From: Candidatus Bathyarchaeota archaeon
GTDB lineage: Archaea > Thermoproteota > Bathyarchaeia > Bathyarchaeales > Bathyarchaeaceae
Assembly (NCBI GenBank): GCA_050123155.1
Contig: JASFHP010000002.1
Coordinates: 74,837-138,836, forward strand
Direction: 5' to 3'
Length of the DNA: 64,000 nucleotides
Each line of letters starts with the position of its first letter. Position 1 is the stretch's first letter. The translations under genes and the position numbers were made by a program. A model generated the notes under the pieces. The model did no database searches. It was not told the origin of the DNA and worked only from the letters and a program-made list of their open reading frames with translations. Shown here piece by piece: positions 48,872 through 59,401 of the stretch.

Positions 48872-50125
48872 ATGAAGAAAAAAACACCCAAAAAAAGAAG
48901 AATTTTAATGTTGTCAATTCACGGCGATCCCGCAACAAAGATCGGGTCAGAGGAGCAGGGTGGTCAACCTATATACATAAAAGATGTCTGTAGATTGCTC
49001 TCTAATCACTACGAAATTGACGTGTTCACAAGACTGAAAAGTGGGTCTGAAGAAGAACGAGTGAACTTGTTTCCTGATGTCAATGTTGTTCGGATAAAGG
49101 CGGGTCCAGTTGAATTTGTTCCCAAAGAAAAAATCTATCTGTATTTGAACGAGTTTTTTATGAACACCATAAGATGGATAGAAAAACATGATAAAAAGTA
49201 TTCTCTAGTTCATTCTCACTATTGGTACTCCGGCAGTGTCGCCCTAAAACTAAAAGACCACCTTGAAATACCAATGGTACACAATTGCCATTCCCTTGGT
49301 AGAGTGAAATACGACGTTTTACAGGAAATCAAACCAGACTTTGCAGACATGCGACTGCTAGAAGAAGAATTAATTTTGAAAAGAGCCAACGCAATAATTG
49401 CTTCAACACCACAAGAGGTAAAGAACATTTTGGATCTTTACAAGCTTACAGGAGAAAACATCGAGTTAATCCGAACTGGGGTCGATAAACGACTGTTTAG
49501 ACCCATCGCCGAAGAAATAGCGATAAAAGAAACTGGCTTAAATTTTAGAAACATCGTTTTATTTGTTGGCAGAATCACCAAAGCAAAAGGATTAAGAATA
49601 TTGGTTAAAGCGATTGCAAGAGTCAAAAACAAGTTTAATGAAGAAATGAAGCTTGTAGTGATCGGCGGTGACGTTTCCGGAGTTATGCATTCAGAAGAGG
49701 AAAGCAAAGAAAAGAAACGTTTACGAAGAGTGATAAGGAAACGGGATTTGGAAGAAGATGTTATCTTTGTAGGTCCTGTGAGAAGAGAACGACTTCCTTA
49801 TTTCTATTCCATAGCAGACGTTTGTGTAGTGCCTTCGTTATATGAATCATTTGGGTTAGTGGCTGTGGAGGCAATGTCTTGTGGAACACCGGTGATAGCT
49901 TCAAAAGTGGGCGGTCTTGCACATACAGTTCGAGATGGATATTCAGGACTACACTTTTTGCCAGGAAGAGCTGATCACTTAGCAAAGGCAATATTGAAGC
50001 TTATCACAGACGCCGAAAAAATGGATGAGATAGGCATAAACGCACGTTTAAGAACCGCTAGAGAATTCGGGTTAGAAAAAACTGTTAAACAGATAAAAGA
50101 CTTGTATGATCTGTTACTGTTCTAA
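48872..50125 (+). CDS. GT4 glycosyltransferase, sucrose-phosphate synthase-like
   Basis: The N-terminus LMLSIHGDPATKIGSEEQGGQPIYIKDV has the SPS-type HG...GGQ..Y motif. The C-terminal segment ESFGLVAVEAMSCGTPVIAS has the GT-B E-x7-E region. Confidence 0.7.
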   Translation: MKKKTPKKRRILMLSIHGDPATKIGSEEQGGQPIYIKDVCRLLSNHYEIDVFTRLKSGSEEERVNLFPDVNVVRIKAGPVEFVPKEKIYLYLNEFFMNTIRWIEKHDKKYSLVHSHYWYSGSVALKLKDHLEIPMVHNCHSLGRVKYDVLQEIKPDFADMRLLEEELILKRANAIIASTPQEVKNILDLYKLTGENIELIRTGVDKRLFRPIAEEIAIKETGLNFRNIVLFVGRITKAKGLRILVKAIARVKNKFNEEMKLVVIGGDVSGVMHSEEESKEKKRLRRVIRKRDLEEDVIFVGPVRRERLPYFYSIADVCVVPSLYESFGLVAVEAMSCGTPVIASKVGGLAHTVRDGYSGLHFLPGRADHLAKAILKLITDAEKMDEIGINARLRTAREFGLEKTVKQIKDLYDLLLF

Positions 50126-50827
50126 GTGATGCTAATGAAATACCTGCTTGTCTGTGATTTAGACGACACCTTGACCGGAGACAAAAAAGGGGTCAGAAAA
50201 TTTAACGAAGCCATAACATCCAAAAAGTTTTGTTTAGCCTACTCCAGCGGGAGATACAAGTCCTCCATGACCTCGTTAATAGTAAGAGCTGGTTTAACTA
50301 ACCCAGATTTTATGATTGCAAATCTTGGAACCGAGATTTATTGTGCTCCAAACTGGGACAAAGACGAAGATTGGGAAAAAACAGTCAAAAAAAGTTGGAA
50401 AAAAGAAAAAATCACTTCAATCCTAGAAGATTTCGATTTGCAACGCCAACCATATGACAAAAAGTTTGTAATACCATACTATGCCGAGGATGAGGCTAAA
50501 GTAAAAGAAATCGAAGAAAAAATTAGGGCTTGTAACGCTAAAGTTGTACATACTGGAAAACGATTTTTGGACATATTACCAGAGAGTGCGGGGAAAGGTA
50601 ACGCCGCTAAATATCTTGGAAGCAAATTGAAGCTGCCGATAATTTGTTGTGGAGATTCTGAAAACGATGAAGAGATGCTAGAAAAAAGCGATTATGGAAT
50701 ATTGGTGGGCAATGCGCCTGTTCATTTGCGAACGGAAATGTCGAAACATTCCCATGTTTATGTAGCTGAATCATTTTATGTGATGGGTGTAATTGATGGT
50801 CTAAGGCATCATGGCGTTATCTCATAA
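50126..50827 (+). CDS. HAD-IIB phosphatase, sucrose-phosphate phosphatase-like
   Basis: Motif I is LLVCDLDDTL, motif II lies in YSSGRY, and the segment NLGTEIY and the C-terminal GDSENDEEML are present. The start is GTG 50126 or ATG 50135, immediately after the GT4 gene. Confidence 0.7.
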   Translation: MMLMKYLLVCDLDDTLTGDKKGVRKFNEAITSKKFCLAYSSGRYKSSMTSLIVRAGLTNPDFMIANLGTEIYCAPNWDKDEDWEKTVKKSWKKEKITSILEDFDLQRQPYDKKFVIPYYAEDEAKVKEIEEKIRACNAKVVHTGKRFLDILPESAGKGNAAKYLGSKLKLPIICCGDSENDEEMLEKSDYGILVGNAPVHLRTEMSKHSHVYVAESFYVMGVIDGLRHHGVIS

Positions 50828-50908
50828 AACAGTCTCTTGAATGGTGAAGAAAAGAGGGGGTTGCTGTTTTTGTATTTCACTAAAATGATGTATTAATCCA
50901 TTAAGCCA

Positions 50909-51553
50909 TCATGTTTTAGTTAGAACTTTTTCCCTCGGCGTTTGAATGTCAGTAGGTATCTCTGGGAGTCGCTGTTTAATGTTTTGTTCTGCTGCATTCG
51001 CGGCTTCACTTAGTATCTTTTTAGTCTCATCATTCGGCGCTTCAAAATCGATGTCTATGCCTGCGCCTTGATTAGAGTCAGCAATTATTCCGTTGAGTAG
51101 GTCTCCAATCTGCCCCAACTCTCTTCCAGCTTCAGGCAAAGTGTTAGTCAGCCCCTTCCCGATGTTCTGGAGCACACTCACCGTTGGAGAGAGCATAGTC
51201 ACAACATCACCAAAATCTGAAACGGTGCCTAACCGGAGAGAAATCTGTTCTAAAGCAAGCCTAGTGTTCATAATTGTTTGTTCAGTTTTCCGTATCTCCG
51301 CCAGTTCGTTGGCATAAACTTTAGCGCGCACAAGGTCATGCTTTGAATATGCCTTAACTGTTCTCTTGAATAGCGACTTGTCTCGTTTCGAGAACCGATT
51401 AGCTGCCCTATTTAACTTTCTAATCTGAATTTTCACACGTTTATTGGCTTTATCAAGGCGCGGTTTTAAAGAACCTGGTGGACGAACTGTATCTTTTATT
51501 TGTTTATGGAATGGAGTTTTTTCCGTTTTTTTCCAGTTTCCAGCAAACTTCAC
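50909..51553 (-). CDS. ESCRT-III (CdvB-family) paralog without a winged helix
   Basis: MKFAGNWKKTEKTPFHKQIKDTVRPPGSLKPRLDKANKRVKIQIRKLN...YANELAEIRKTEQ... is collinear with 34157..34804. Confidence 0.8.
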   Translation of the reverse strand: MKFAGNWKKTEKTPFHKQIKDTVRPPGSLKPRLDKANKRVKIQIRKLNRAANRFSKRDKSLFKRTVKAYSKHDLVRAKVYANELAEIRKTEQTIMNTRLALEQISLRLGTVSDFGDVVTMLSPTVSVLQNIGKGLTNTLPEAGRELGQIGDLLNGIIADSNQGAGIDIDFEAPNDETKKILSEAANAAEQNIKQRLPEIPTDIQTPREKVLTKT

Positions 51554-51767
51554 AATTTATCCCTACACGAAGAAAAGGAATTTTGGAACTATTAGAGTGA
51601 TTAATATGCTAAAACTATGTAGCAGTATCTTTGTAAGATATGTTCGTGGTTACATTTTCACAGTTTGATGTTATACGTGTAAAAGGGGCAGGTCAAAAAG
51701 CTTATCTTTGAACAGAGTTATGCAAGGAATACGTGCACATACTTTCTGACAGTTGAAGGTTTTCTGG

Positions 51768-51971
51768 TCACTTATTTTCTAATGTTTTCACGAATGTTTG
51801 TTTCTTGGACGCCCACGGAGTTGTCGGTCTCCTGTAAGTTTTGACCAGTCCTGCATTCTTGAGATTGGGAATTGCACCCCACATCCTCTTGGGAATATTG
51901 GAAACCTACACGTCACCCTGAGCTTTGATGAAATCGTATACTTTCCTCTCAAAATCAGTTAACTTTGACAG
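51768..51971 (-). pseudogene. Small wHTH-like gene with an in-frame TAG (51906-51908) and no canonical start
   Basis: Own translation gives (L)SKLTDFERKVYDFIKAQGDV*VSNIPKRMWGAIPNLKNAGLVKTYRRPTTPWASKKQTFVKTLENK. AGGAGGGG lies upstream of a CTG codon. Confidence 0.4.
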
Positions 51972-52108
51972 TTACGTTCCCCTCCTATAAAATCCACATT
52001 AAAACAATTGGGGCGCCCCAGTATTAAATTATGGGCTCACATCCAAGCGAAGGCTGTTTTGAATGGCAAAGAATACAAAACGTTATCAATACACTAGATT
52101 ACTGCTTT

Positions 52109-52561
52109 TCAATTTTGCGCGCGAAGCACATAATGTGTGAAATCTTCCCATGCCTGAAAATATGCTGCGTCAAATGTGTTTTTGTTATCCAGAGTATCAG
52201 ATAACTCAGTGAACATATCTTTGACTTCTTGAAGTTTCTTGCTGCTATACTCTTTTAGTTTAACAATATATGGTTGAGGGGACGAATAAGATACCTTAAG
52301 GGCTGCAACCATTCCATTCAAGGCGTGGATGTAACCTTTAACCCACTCATCTTCCTCAATCTTTTTCACGGTCAGTTTCAAATTTTTCTCAGCTTTTGCC
52401 CATTGTCTCTTTTTAAGTAACGGAAAAAACTTCTGAATCGTCTTCAAAGAGAGTCGCCCGTGGGGTCCATGGATATCATGAGTTCTGGCTAAGTGCACAG
52501 ATAATCCTCTTTCCGTTTTGAACTTCTTGTTGCAGAGTAGGCAACGAAACATCTTAAACAC
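52109..52561 (-). CDS. C2H2 zinc-finger protein with a helical C-terminal domain
   Basis: The N-terminus FRCLLCNKKFKTERGLSVHLARTH is a classical C2H2 finger. Confidence 0.55.
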   Translation of the reverse strand: MFKMFRCLLCNKKFKTERGLSVHLARTHDIHGPHGRLSLKTIQKFFPLLKKRQWAKAEKNLKLTVKKIEEDEWVKGYIHALNGMVAALKVSYSSPQPYIVKLKEYSSKKLQEVKDMFTELSDTLDNKNTFDAAYFQAWEDFTHYVLRAQN

Positions 52562-52743
52562 AAAGGTTAGGTTTGCGTCGATTCACCAATGAAGCGCTTG
52601 TTACATTAGATTATTCTACTAATTCAAATATACTTTTAATCTGCTGCCCTCTGGAACGCTTTGTTGCTGTTCAGTTGGTATACCGATTAAGAAAATCGGG
52701 TTGGCTTTGGCAAGAGAAGACTATTATAGACTAAAAGCAACTG

Positions 52744-53766
52744 TTGACATCCATGAAAGCACGCGAAGGCGACCTCATAGAATCGAGGGGCAACATCGTT
52801 TTTGACGTTAAAGGGTTAGTTCATCCGCCGAACCGGGTGGTAGCCTTTATCCGCTACGTTCCAGACCCCAACGGCGGCAGAGAAAGAGACGGAACACGAT
52901 ACAGCAAATTCTACAGCCTCTCCAAACGTTACGCCCTCCTGAAACAGAAATACCCACAGTATCTAGTGAACGACCCAGTCTTCAACACGCTGCTCTGCGA
53001 AGTCCCAGTGGAGGATGTGAAACAGCATTACCTGCCCGCTCAAGGTTTACAGAGCCTCCGAAACAAGGACAGCTTGGACGATGCAGAGAAAACGGCTTTA
53101 CAGTTTATGGAAATCCTCAAAGAGCGCTCGGGGGTTCAATGGAGCAAGCTGGGCGTTTCTGGGTCCATCCTAGTCAGACTTCATGAACCGTCCTCTGACA
53201 TCGACCTCATCGTCTACGGAACAGAAACAGGCTACAGGGTACAGGCAACAATGAAAGAAATGTTGGAAGATAAAAACAGTCCATTTGAAGCGTATGATTT
53301 GGATGGTCTGCGGGAGCTGTTCGATTTCCGTTCGAAGGACACCAACGTATCTTTCGAAGATTTTGTTCGAACCGACAGCCGAAAGGTTTCCCACGGAAAA
53401 TTCAGGGGCAAACACTTCTTCATCCGCTTCGTGAAAGACCTGAACGAAATCAGTGAACAATACGGTAGCATCATCTACAAGCCGCAAGGCAACGCAAGAA
53501 TCAAAGCCACAGTGGTGGATGATTCAGAAGCGCTCTTCACGCCATGCAGCTACAATCTTGCCAACGTGGAAATTCTTGAGGGCACAACAGCTGAGCCTAT
53601 TGAGGAGATCGTGTCTTTTCGAGGAAGATTCTGTGAACATGCAAGAAGTGGCGAAACCGTGATTGCAGAAGGCAAAGTTGAAAGAGTGCAGCAAGAAGGA
53701 AGAGATGACCACTTCAGGTTGCTGTTGGGAAGCAAGACCTCGGATCACATGATTTTGGTCAAGTAA
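52744..53766 (+). CDS. Pol-beta-superfamily nucleotidyltransferase domain protein with a C-terminal OB-like domain
   Basis: The NTase motif GVSGSILVRLHEPSSDIDLIVYG (GS-x9-DxD) is present. A beta-rich C-terminus follows (ARIKATVVDD...VIAEGKVERV). The start is TTG. Confidence 0.6.
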   Translation: MTSMKAREGDLIESRGNIVFDVKGLVHPPNRVVAFIRYVPDPNGGRERDGTRYSKFYSLSKRYALLKQKYPQYLVNDPVFNTLLCEVPVEDVKQHYLPAQGLQSLRNKDSLDDAEKTALQFMEILKERSGVQWSKLGVSGSILVRLHEPSSDIDLIVYGTETGYRVQATMKEMLEDKNSPFEAYDLDGLRELFDFRSKDTNVSFEDFVRTDSRKVSHGKFRGKHFFIRFVKDLNEISEQYGSIIYKPQGNARIKATVVDDSEALFTPCSYNLANVEILEGTTAEPIEEIVSFRGRFCEHARSGETVIAEGKVERVQQEGRDDHFRLLLGSKTSDHMILVK

Positions 53767-53779
53767 TTGCTTTTTTTGG

Positions 53780-54001
53780 TTATTCGGTGTACAAGTCCAC
53801 AAGGTTTCGTGCCACGTTGCTGGATATGCCACGTTTTTTCAGTTCCATGTAGGACGTTTCAGTATCTTCTACCGAGACTTGCTCTATTTTGTTACATAAG
53901 GGAATTTTTGCTTCATTCCTAATTTGTTCTTCAATTTGATTGTTTGATGCTTTGGATGCCTCGGGTAGCAGATTGATTACGATAATGACTTTTTTGACCA
54001 T
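53780..54001 (-). CDS. Hypothetical small protein, 73 aa
   Basis: Track ORF with an ATG start, preceded by the conserved promoter-like module at 54062..54123. Confidence 0.4.
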   Translation of the reverse strand: MVKKVIIVINLLPEASKASNNQIEEQIRNEAKIPLCNKIEQVSVEDTETSYMELKKRGISSNVARNLVDLYTE

Positions 54002-54061
54002 ACAAGTGACCAGCTTACGAATTATGGTGACGCATAAATTAGGATATAAGATACGCCTTCT

Positions 54062-54123
54062 CTTTCATATAAATTTGATTTAATCAATACTGTCAAATTA
54101 TCTGTCATGGGCTTTCTTCTGAA
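54062..54123 (-). promoter_or_regulatory. Conserved upstream module A, containing ATTTATATGAAAG on the minus strand
   Basis: It shares the blocks CTTTCATATAAAT, TGATT, TACT, TGTCATG and TCTGAA, in the same order, with module B at 55752..55810. Both lie upstream of minus-strand genes. Confidence 0.5.
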
Positions 54124-54264
54124 TGTGTGCGTACTATAAATTACACGTCAACAACATGTCATGCTTCAGTTTGCGGGGGAAGAAAATGTGTTTTTAGCAA
54201 AATCAAACAGTTTGTTACCAAGCAAGAAATAACCAAACGCCGAAAGATTTCCTTCATCTCACGT

Positions 54265-55653
54265 TCAGTTTACGGTGAAAGTACACAGTGGAGTTTGCAC
54301 TACACCATTGTTGGTTAGCAGTTCTGTTGAAGCTGTGTTTTGACCAGATTCAAGCCCATAATAGCTTGGAGAAGTGTAGCCCCATTCCCATCTGCTAACA
54401 GAGTTTGCTGAAACAGTCCACTCTCTCCAGAAAGTGTTCCACCTATAAACTCTGCCGTTTATGGTCATTCTGTACTCTGAAATGGTAACTTCGCTGTCAG
54501 TTGGGTTGTCTGCAACAAAAACAAATCGCATTTCTCCGTCACTGTTAAATTCAACTACAGTGTTTGCTTCAAAATCCGCTGATACGTCACCTGACACTGC
54601 TATGAACTCTGTAACTTGTTCAGCCTCGAAATTTTCATCTCCAGCAAAAGCAACATTCAATGTGTAGTCTCCAGACTGTTGAGGCAAATCAAAGTTGAAA
54701 ACGTAGTTGCCCTGAGAGTCAGTGTTTACAGTCCTCTGTAGTCCCCAAGAGGTTGAAAGAGTTATTGGTGCTGCTTCGATGCTACCCTTCAGAGTATATG
54801 ATGGGTTATAGCTACCTGTCAGTTTTCCATCTACGTTTATGTTTTCGCCTGTTTTTCCGTTGGAGGGCGCATTCATTGTCAGTTCTGTTGTAACTACAGT
54901 TGAGGCTGGAGGCTGTGGAGGTGATGTCTGTTCTAAATCAAGGGTTTGGTTGACGGTTAACACGGGGATTCCCTTGGAGATTATGTAATCGAGAAGAGAT
55001 TCAAAGTCTTCTGTGGTTATCCATCCTCCACTTGTAGATTCGCCTCCGATGTTGTGAAAGTTCATGACTCCCCATTTTTTAGTTGAAGCTACGTCATCAA
55101 CAAACTGTTTGTACTGGGCAAGACTCCAGTCCCATCCGTTATGATGGATGTGAAATGCGGTAATAGGCAAATCCATTAATCCTCCTCCATACCTTCCGCT
55201 TCTGTAGTAGTCATCCACTATGCTGTCAACGTAACTGTTGGATGCTCCGAGCGGATAGGCGAAATTGGTGACTGCCGTGTCTAATTCATATTCTAAAGTG
55301 GCTTTTGAGTTCAAACATTCTGAGCGTATTTCTTCTTCGGTTAAAGTGGTGAAATCGCTGTGAGAAACGGTGTGGCTTCCAATCTCATTGCCAGCATCAA
55401 TCAACTCGGTTAACTGCTCAACATTCATGTGTGGATAAGAAAGCTTGCTTGAAATTATATAGAATGTTCCAACCATGCCTTTGCTCTGCATTACAGGAAA
55501 AGCGTTAGTGTACTGTGTGATGGCTCCATCATCAAAAGAGAGGGTGATTACTGGACCCAAATCTGTTTCGCTTAAAGCCACTTTCATGAAAATAGGACTT
55601 GATGCTGCTAATGCCAAAATTAGCATAATTACAAAAAATTTTTTGGTTTTCAT
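54265..55653 (-). CDS. Secreted polysaccharide deacetylase (NodB/CE4) with C-terminal Ig-like beta domains
   Basis: From ATG 55653 (signal peptide MKTKKFFVIMLILALAASS). The NodB motifs are TLSFDDG and GSHTVSH. The C-terminal half is beta-rich (GDYTLNVAFAGDENF...). Confidence 0.8.
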   Translation of the reverse strand: MKTKKFFVIMLILALAASSPIFMKVALSETDLGPVITLSFDDGAITQYTNAFPVMQSKGMVGTFYIISSKLSYPHMNVEQLTELIDAGNEIGSHTVSHSDFTTLTEEEIRSECLNSKATLEYELDTAVTNFAYPLGASNSYVDSIVDDYYRSGRYGGGLMDLPITAFHIHHNGWDWSLAQYKQFVDDVASTKKWGVMNFHNIGGESTSGGWITTEDFESLLDYIISKGIPVLTVNQTLDLEQTSPPQPPASTVVTTELTMNAPSNGKTGENINVDGKLTGSYNPSYTLKGSIEAAPITLSTSWGLQRTVNTDSQGNYVFNFDLPQQSGDYTLNVAFAGDENFEAEQVTEFIAVSGDVSADFEANTVVEFNSDGEMRFVFVADNPTDSEVTISEYRMTINGRVYRWNTFWREWTVSANSVSRWEWGYTSPSYYGLESGQNTASTELLTNNGVVQTPLCTFTVN

Positions 55654-55751
55654 GTTTGGTTTCTCACTTCCTAACATTTGAATGTAAACTTTTACTATAT
55701 TTAACGATTTCACCGACGCAATGCCCAAATAATCGATGTCTTAAAATTTAT

Positions 55752-55810
55752 CTTTCATATAAATCTGATTCTGAACCGGTACTAAGTTATTTGTCATGAC
55801 TTCATCTGAA
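55752..55810 (-). promoter_or_regulatory. Conserved upstream module B, containing ATTTATATGAAAG on the minus strand
   Basis: See module A. It is located upstream of the deacetylase gene. Confidence 0.5.
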
Positions 55811-55839
55811 CCAATTTAACATGAGAAACAGTCCCAATC

Positions 55840-56967
55840 TTACTGATTTGTGAGAACCCGAAGCCTCTTCACGGCATTAAGTTTCTCTTTGCCGCCAACC
55901 TTGGCTTGCTTCACAGCATTCTCTAGTATCTCAATGGTTTCATCGTAGGTAGCCCTGTCCACGGGGTAGGGAACCCCATCCTTTCCTCCCACACAGAAAC
56001 TGTATTTCACTGGGTCCTCCCAACATGGTTTCTCACCGTAGACCAAATCAGATACTAGAGCTAGGGCTCTGACTGTTGCAGGACCTATGCCCCTGATGCC
56101 TATCAGCTCCTCATAGTTTCTGGGCTGAAAATCATACGCTCGTTTAACCGCATTCCAGTTGAGGCTTCGAGGCATAGAGAAAGCATCAATTGCGTATTCT
56201 TTCCTTGGAGATGCTGGAATCCACTCCTGCAGAGACTTCTGATGGAGAGGACGAATGGACAGAAGTAGGTTCCTCAACTTTCTTGGTTCCTCCTTGGCGA
56301 TGTCAGTTGAGGTTTTTCGGCAGCCTTCACTCTCTCTTGCAGTCATGTCTAGCGCCACCTCTCTTTTTGTGTCTCCAACCACTGCGTCGTGAGGCTCAAC
56401 CACAAAATCCTTCACGTTTTCTGATAGCCAATGGTACCGCCGCGCCGACCTGTCCTCCGTGTTTATTCCCTGCTGAACCACAGCCCAATCCCCTTTTTCG
56501 GTAACGAAGAAGGCGTGATGATAGAGAGGATAGCCCGCCTGAACTGCGGTGGTGTCAACTTTGGCGCTCATTCGACTAGCATACACTAGACTGTCGAGTT
56601 TGCTTGACGAAAAACCATACTTTTCTCCCAACTGATCGATTTCCGCCGGAGTTTTACGGGAGGTTTTGCCCTTTCCGCCACAGATAGTCAATCCAAGTTC
56701 CATCTGGTTCACTGCAGTTTTCAGGACACCCGTTAAGACTGTGGTCACGCCGGATGAGTGCCAGTCATATCCTAAGACGCAGCCCAGAGCCTGAAACCAG
56801 AATGGGTCGGAGACTCGTCTCAGGAACGTGTCTACGCCGTACTCGTCTACGATTATCGTAACCATTTCTTTGGCTAGTTTTTGCATTCTGAAAGCAAGCC
56901 ATCTCGGAGCTTTACCGTAGTGAAGCGGAAGACTCGCAACCCCTGTTCTGTTCAAGGCATCAACCAC
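55840..56967 (-). CDS. Conserved archaeal protein with a helix-hairpin-helix motif; it resembles DUF763 (recollection, unverified)
   Basis: Track ORF of 375 aa. The N-terminus reads LPLHYGKAPRWLAFRMQKLAKEM and the HhH-like segment reads LIGIRGIGPATVRALAL. Confidence 0.55.
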   Translation of the reverse strand: MVDALNRTGVASLPLHYGKAPRWLAFRMQKLAKEMVTIIVDEYGVDTFLRRVSDPFWFQALGCVLGYDWHSSGVTTVLTGVLKTAVNQMELGLTICGGKGKTSRKTPAEIDQLGEKYGFSSSKLDSLVYASRMSAKVDTTAVQAGYPLYHHAFFVTEKGDWAVVQQGINTEDRSARRYHWLSENVKDFVVEPHDAVVGDTKREVALDMTARESEGCRKTSTDIAKEEPRKLRNLLLSIRPLHQKSLQEWIPASPRKEYAIDAFSMPRSLNWNAVKRAYDFQPRNYEELIGIRGIGPATVRALALVSDLVYGEKPCWEDPVKYSFCVGGKDGVPYPVDRATYDETIEILENAVKQAKVGGKEKLNAVKRLRVLTNQ

Positions 56968-57028
56968 ATGTCTGATTAAAATACATGTAAAAGAGGCTTA
57001 AAACAGTCTCCTATTTTGCAGAGGTGGA

Positions 57029-57499
57029 TCAGAGCAGATGGCCTTCTCTGTCTATTTCTTCGAACCAGATGCGGGTGGATGAGATTGGATAATGGTCTTC
57101 GGAGAGAACCATCTTCACTGTTATGATCGACAAGGGCGGCATTCCCATGCTCTTCCGTTTCTCGTTAATTTTGTGAGCACGCGGCTCCGTTTCCTCGCTC
57201 ACAACTATGGCGTCAATCCGTTTATCTGACAGTGTGAGCCCGTAAGCATCATCTATGGGGGTAATCTCCGCCCTTTCCAAAACGCCCTTCTTTTTCAACA
57301 AGCTTTTCAGTTCCTCAAGTCGCTTAGCGTAGGATGCGATTCCGTGAGGCTTCCTCATCTTCTTCACGAAATCGTCTGAGCAGATACCAACGAGAACACG
57401 GTTTCCAACCTTGAACGCCTTCCTCAGTAACGCTCGGTGACCGCTGTGAAACAGGTCAAAGGTTCCGCCCACAGCCACGGTCTCAAACCTTCTCTCCAT
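57029..57499 (-). CDS. coaD: Phosphopantetheine adenylyltransferase (archaeal cytidylyltransferase-fold PPAT)
   Basis: ATG 57499 lies 5 nt after GAGGT. VAVGGTFDLFHSGHRALL has the (T/H)xGH nucleotidyltransferase motif. Confidence 0.75.
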   Translation of the reverse strand: MERRFETVAVGGTFDLFHSGHRALLRKAFKVGNRVLVGICSDDFVKKMRKPHGIASYAKRLEELKSLLKKKGVLERAEITPIDDAYGLTLSDKRIDAIVVSEETEPRAHKINEKRKSMGMPPLSIITVKMVLSEDHYPISSTRIWFEEIDREGHLL

Positions 57500-57509
57500 G
57501 ATTACCTCA

Positions 57510-58439
57510 TCACCCAATCCTCACACCTTGAAGGTCAATGCTAGTTATAGTAATCTTTTCCACAGGTAAAAGTTTCTTGAAAGCCTCGTGAACACTTCCC
57601 ATCTTGTCAACTGTAACCAATGCATGAACAGCCTCACCCAGCATATTCTGTGCAGCACCAATGGCCCCCGCTTTCTCAGACAGTTCAATCAACTTTTGAA
57701 CCCGCTCTGTAGCAAAACCTGTCCCCACAGCAAATTCTTTACAGGCCCCCATAAAGTTCTCGAGGGATGGTTCTGCAAGGATTTTCTGGAGGGTTTTACG
57801 TCCCCACTCATTAATGATTTCTCTTTTTTCTTGGGAAGCAAGAATTTCCTTAGTTGGGTATGGTCTGAAGGTGCCTGCGATTATTCTGTGATTAGGAGAA
57901 ACTGGGATGCGGTCTAAACGGGCGTATCCGGGTGCTCCGGGTTCAAGGGTTAATCCGCATCCTCCAAACAATAATGGACCAACCGTCCCTAAGCCTGTTC
58001 GGCACTTCACCTCAGCCACGTGAGCTATTCTACCCAACTGATTATACGTCAAATTGAGACCCAAAGCTTTGCTGAGAGCCAAAGCAGCGCCTAGAGCACC
58101 AGCGGCGCTAGAACCAAACCCTGCTCCAATGGGCACCTCTATGTGATGTACAACAGTGACAGAGTAGTTACCAGAAACCTTCGCGGTTAACATTTCAACA
58201 ACAGACTTGGTTGTCTCAGCGTCTGGACAACATTCTCCGTTGATGAGCACTTGAACCTGCTTTTTTTCAGCCTCAGCCAAGGCAACCTCGGTTGAAACCC
58301 CCTTGTTTAATGCAAATCCCCCACCTCGAGCGCCAATCCGCTCAGGATCATCAATCATTTTTCCGTCAGGAGTTCGGTCACAGATTTCAAAAAAGCTGGA
58401 AACCCCCGTAGGACAGAATGCTTGAGCTCGCTTGAGCAT
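57510..58439 (-). CDS. GHMP-family kinase, probably pantoate kinase of the archaeal CoA pathway
   Basis: The GHMP motif II is PIGAGFGSSAAGALGAALAL. Adjacency to the PPAT gene supports a pantoate kinase assignment (inference). Confidence 0.65.
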   Translation of the reverse strand: MLKRAQAFCPTGVSSFFEICDRTPDGKMIDDPERIGARGGGFALNKGVSTEVALAEAEKKQVQVLINGECCPDAETTKSVVEMLTAKVSGNYSVTVVHHIEVPIGAGFGSSAAGALGAALALSKALGLNLTYNQLGRIAHVAEVKCRTGLGTVGPLLFGGCGLTLEPGAPGYARLDRIPVSPNHRIIAGTFRPYPTKEILASQEKREIINEWGRKTLQKILAEPSLENFMGACKEFAVGTGFATERVQKLIELSEKAGAIGAAQNMLGEAVHALVTVDKMGSVHEAFKKLLPVEKITITSIDLQGVRIG

Positions 58440-58453
58440 GTCAGTTGACTCCG

Positions 58454-59242
58454 TTATTCTTCAGGTTTTGGGGCTAACATCGGGAAGGCTCTGTAGCATG
58501 CTTCGAGAATTGGCGGTCCGAGGATTATGAGGAAGGGGATTTCTGTTGCGAAGGTCCACAGGAACAATATCAAAGCTGCGTAATATGGAAACTGGAAAGC
58601 CTGATTGTATAATGCGGGCATAAAGAACACTTGGCTGTACGCCCAGATTCCAACGCCGATGATGGCGCTTCCTATTAGGAGCCCTATTACCGAAGCAATT
58701 CCGTAGCTTCTCCATTTAGGTCTCAGGAAGCCAACAGCTAACACCAGAGCGTAACTGAAGACAAGAACCCCAACAATCAAGTTGATGCCCTCTAAAACTG
58801 TTGAAACTGCCATGCCAGTAACGCCAAGACGCGCATAATAGTCCACAACCAGATTTGGGTCAATCAAAAGATATGCAGCAACAAGGAAAACCGCGCATCC
58901 CACACCCAAACCGATAACTGTCTTTTTCCAGTTCAGATTCTTTTTGGATAATAAACCAACAAGGTAGAATCCAACGAAATTCGATGGAACACCAACAATT
59001 AAGCTTAGAAGCGGGTCGCCGTGTATCAACACATCACTTACGAATATGCCTAGCGCAGCACTGGTTCCTCCAGCCAAAGGACCAAAAAGAACTGCAACAA
59101 CCGCAGGGATGAACACGACAGGCCAGAACCTAACAACCCCCACGGCAGGTGCAACAACGGGAAAAACTGCAAATGCAATGTATCCGACGGCTGCGTAGAG
59201 TGCAGCGCCCACGCCAATCATCACAAGCTCTAAACTCCTCAT
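58454..59242 (-). CDS. Polytopic membrane protein, ECF S-component-like
   Basis: It has 6-7 TM helices, is Gly/Ala-rich, and shows the RFWPVVFIPAVVAVLFGPLAGG pattern seen in vitamin S-components. It sits upstream of the CoA genes on the same strand. Confidence 0.5.
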   Translation of the reverse strand: MRSLELVMIGVGAALYAAVGYIAFAVFPVVAPAVGVVRFWPVVFIPAVVAVLFGPLAGGTSAALGIFVSDVLIHGDPLLSLIVGVPSNFVGFYLVGLLSKKNLNWKKTVIGLGVGCAVFLVAAYLLIDPNLVVDYYARLGVTGMAVSTVLEGINLIVGVLVFSYALVLAVGFLRPKWRSYGIASVIGLLIGSAIIGVGIWAYSQVFFMPALYNQAFQFPYYAALILFLWTFATEIPFLIILGPPILEACYRAFPMLAPKPEE

Positions 59243-59401
59243 TTGTCTTGCCTCGACTTTCTAGATCTTAATTTTGCAACTATGCCTCATTTAATAATGG
59301 TTTCGTATGGATTCTTTGAACTCGTATAGACAACCAGAACAGTCTAAACAACCAACTTTTGGAACATGGTCAGCTAGCAACTGTTCTTTTTTGTCTCTTG
59401 G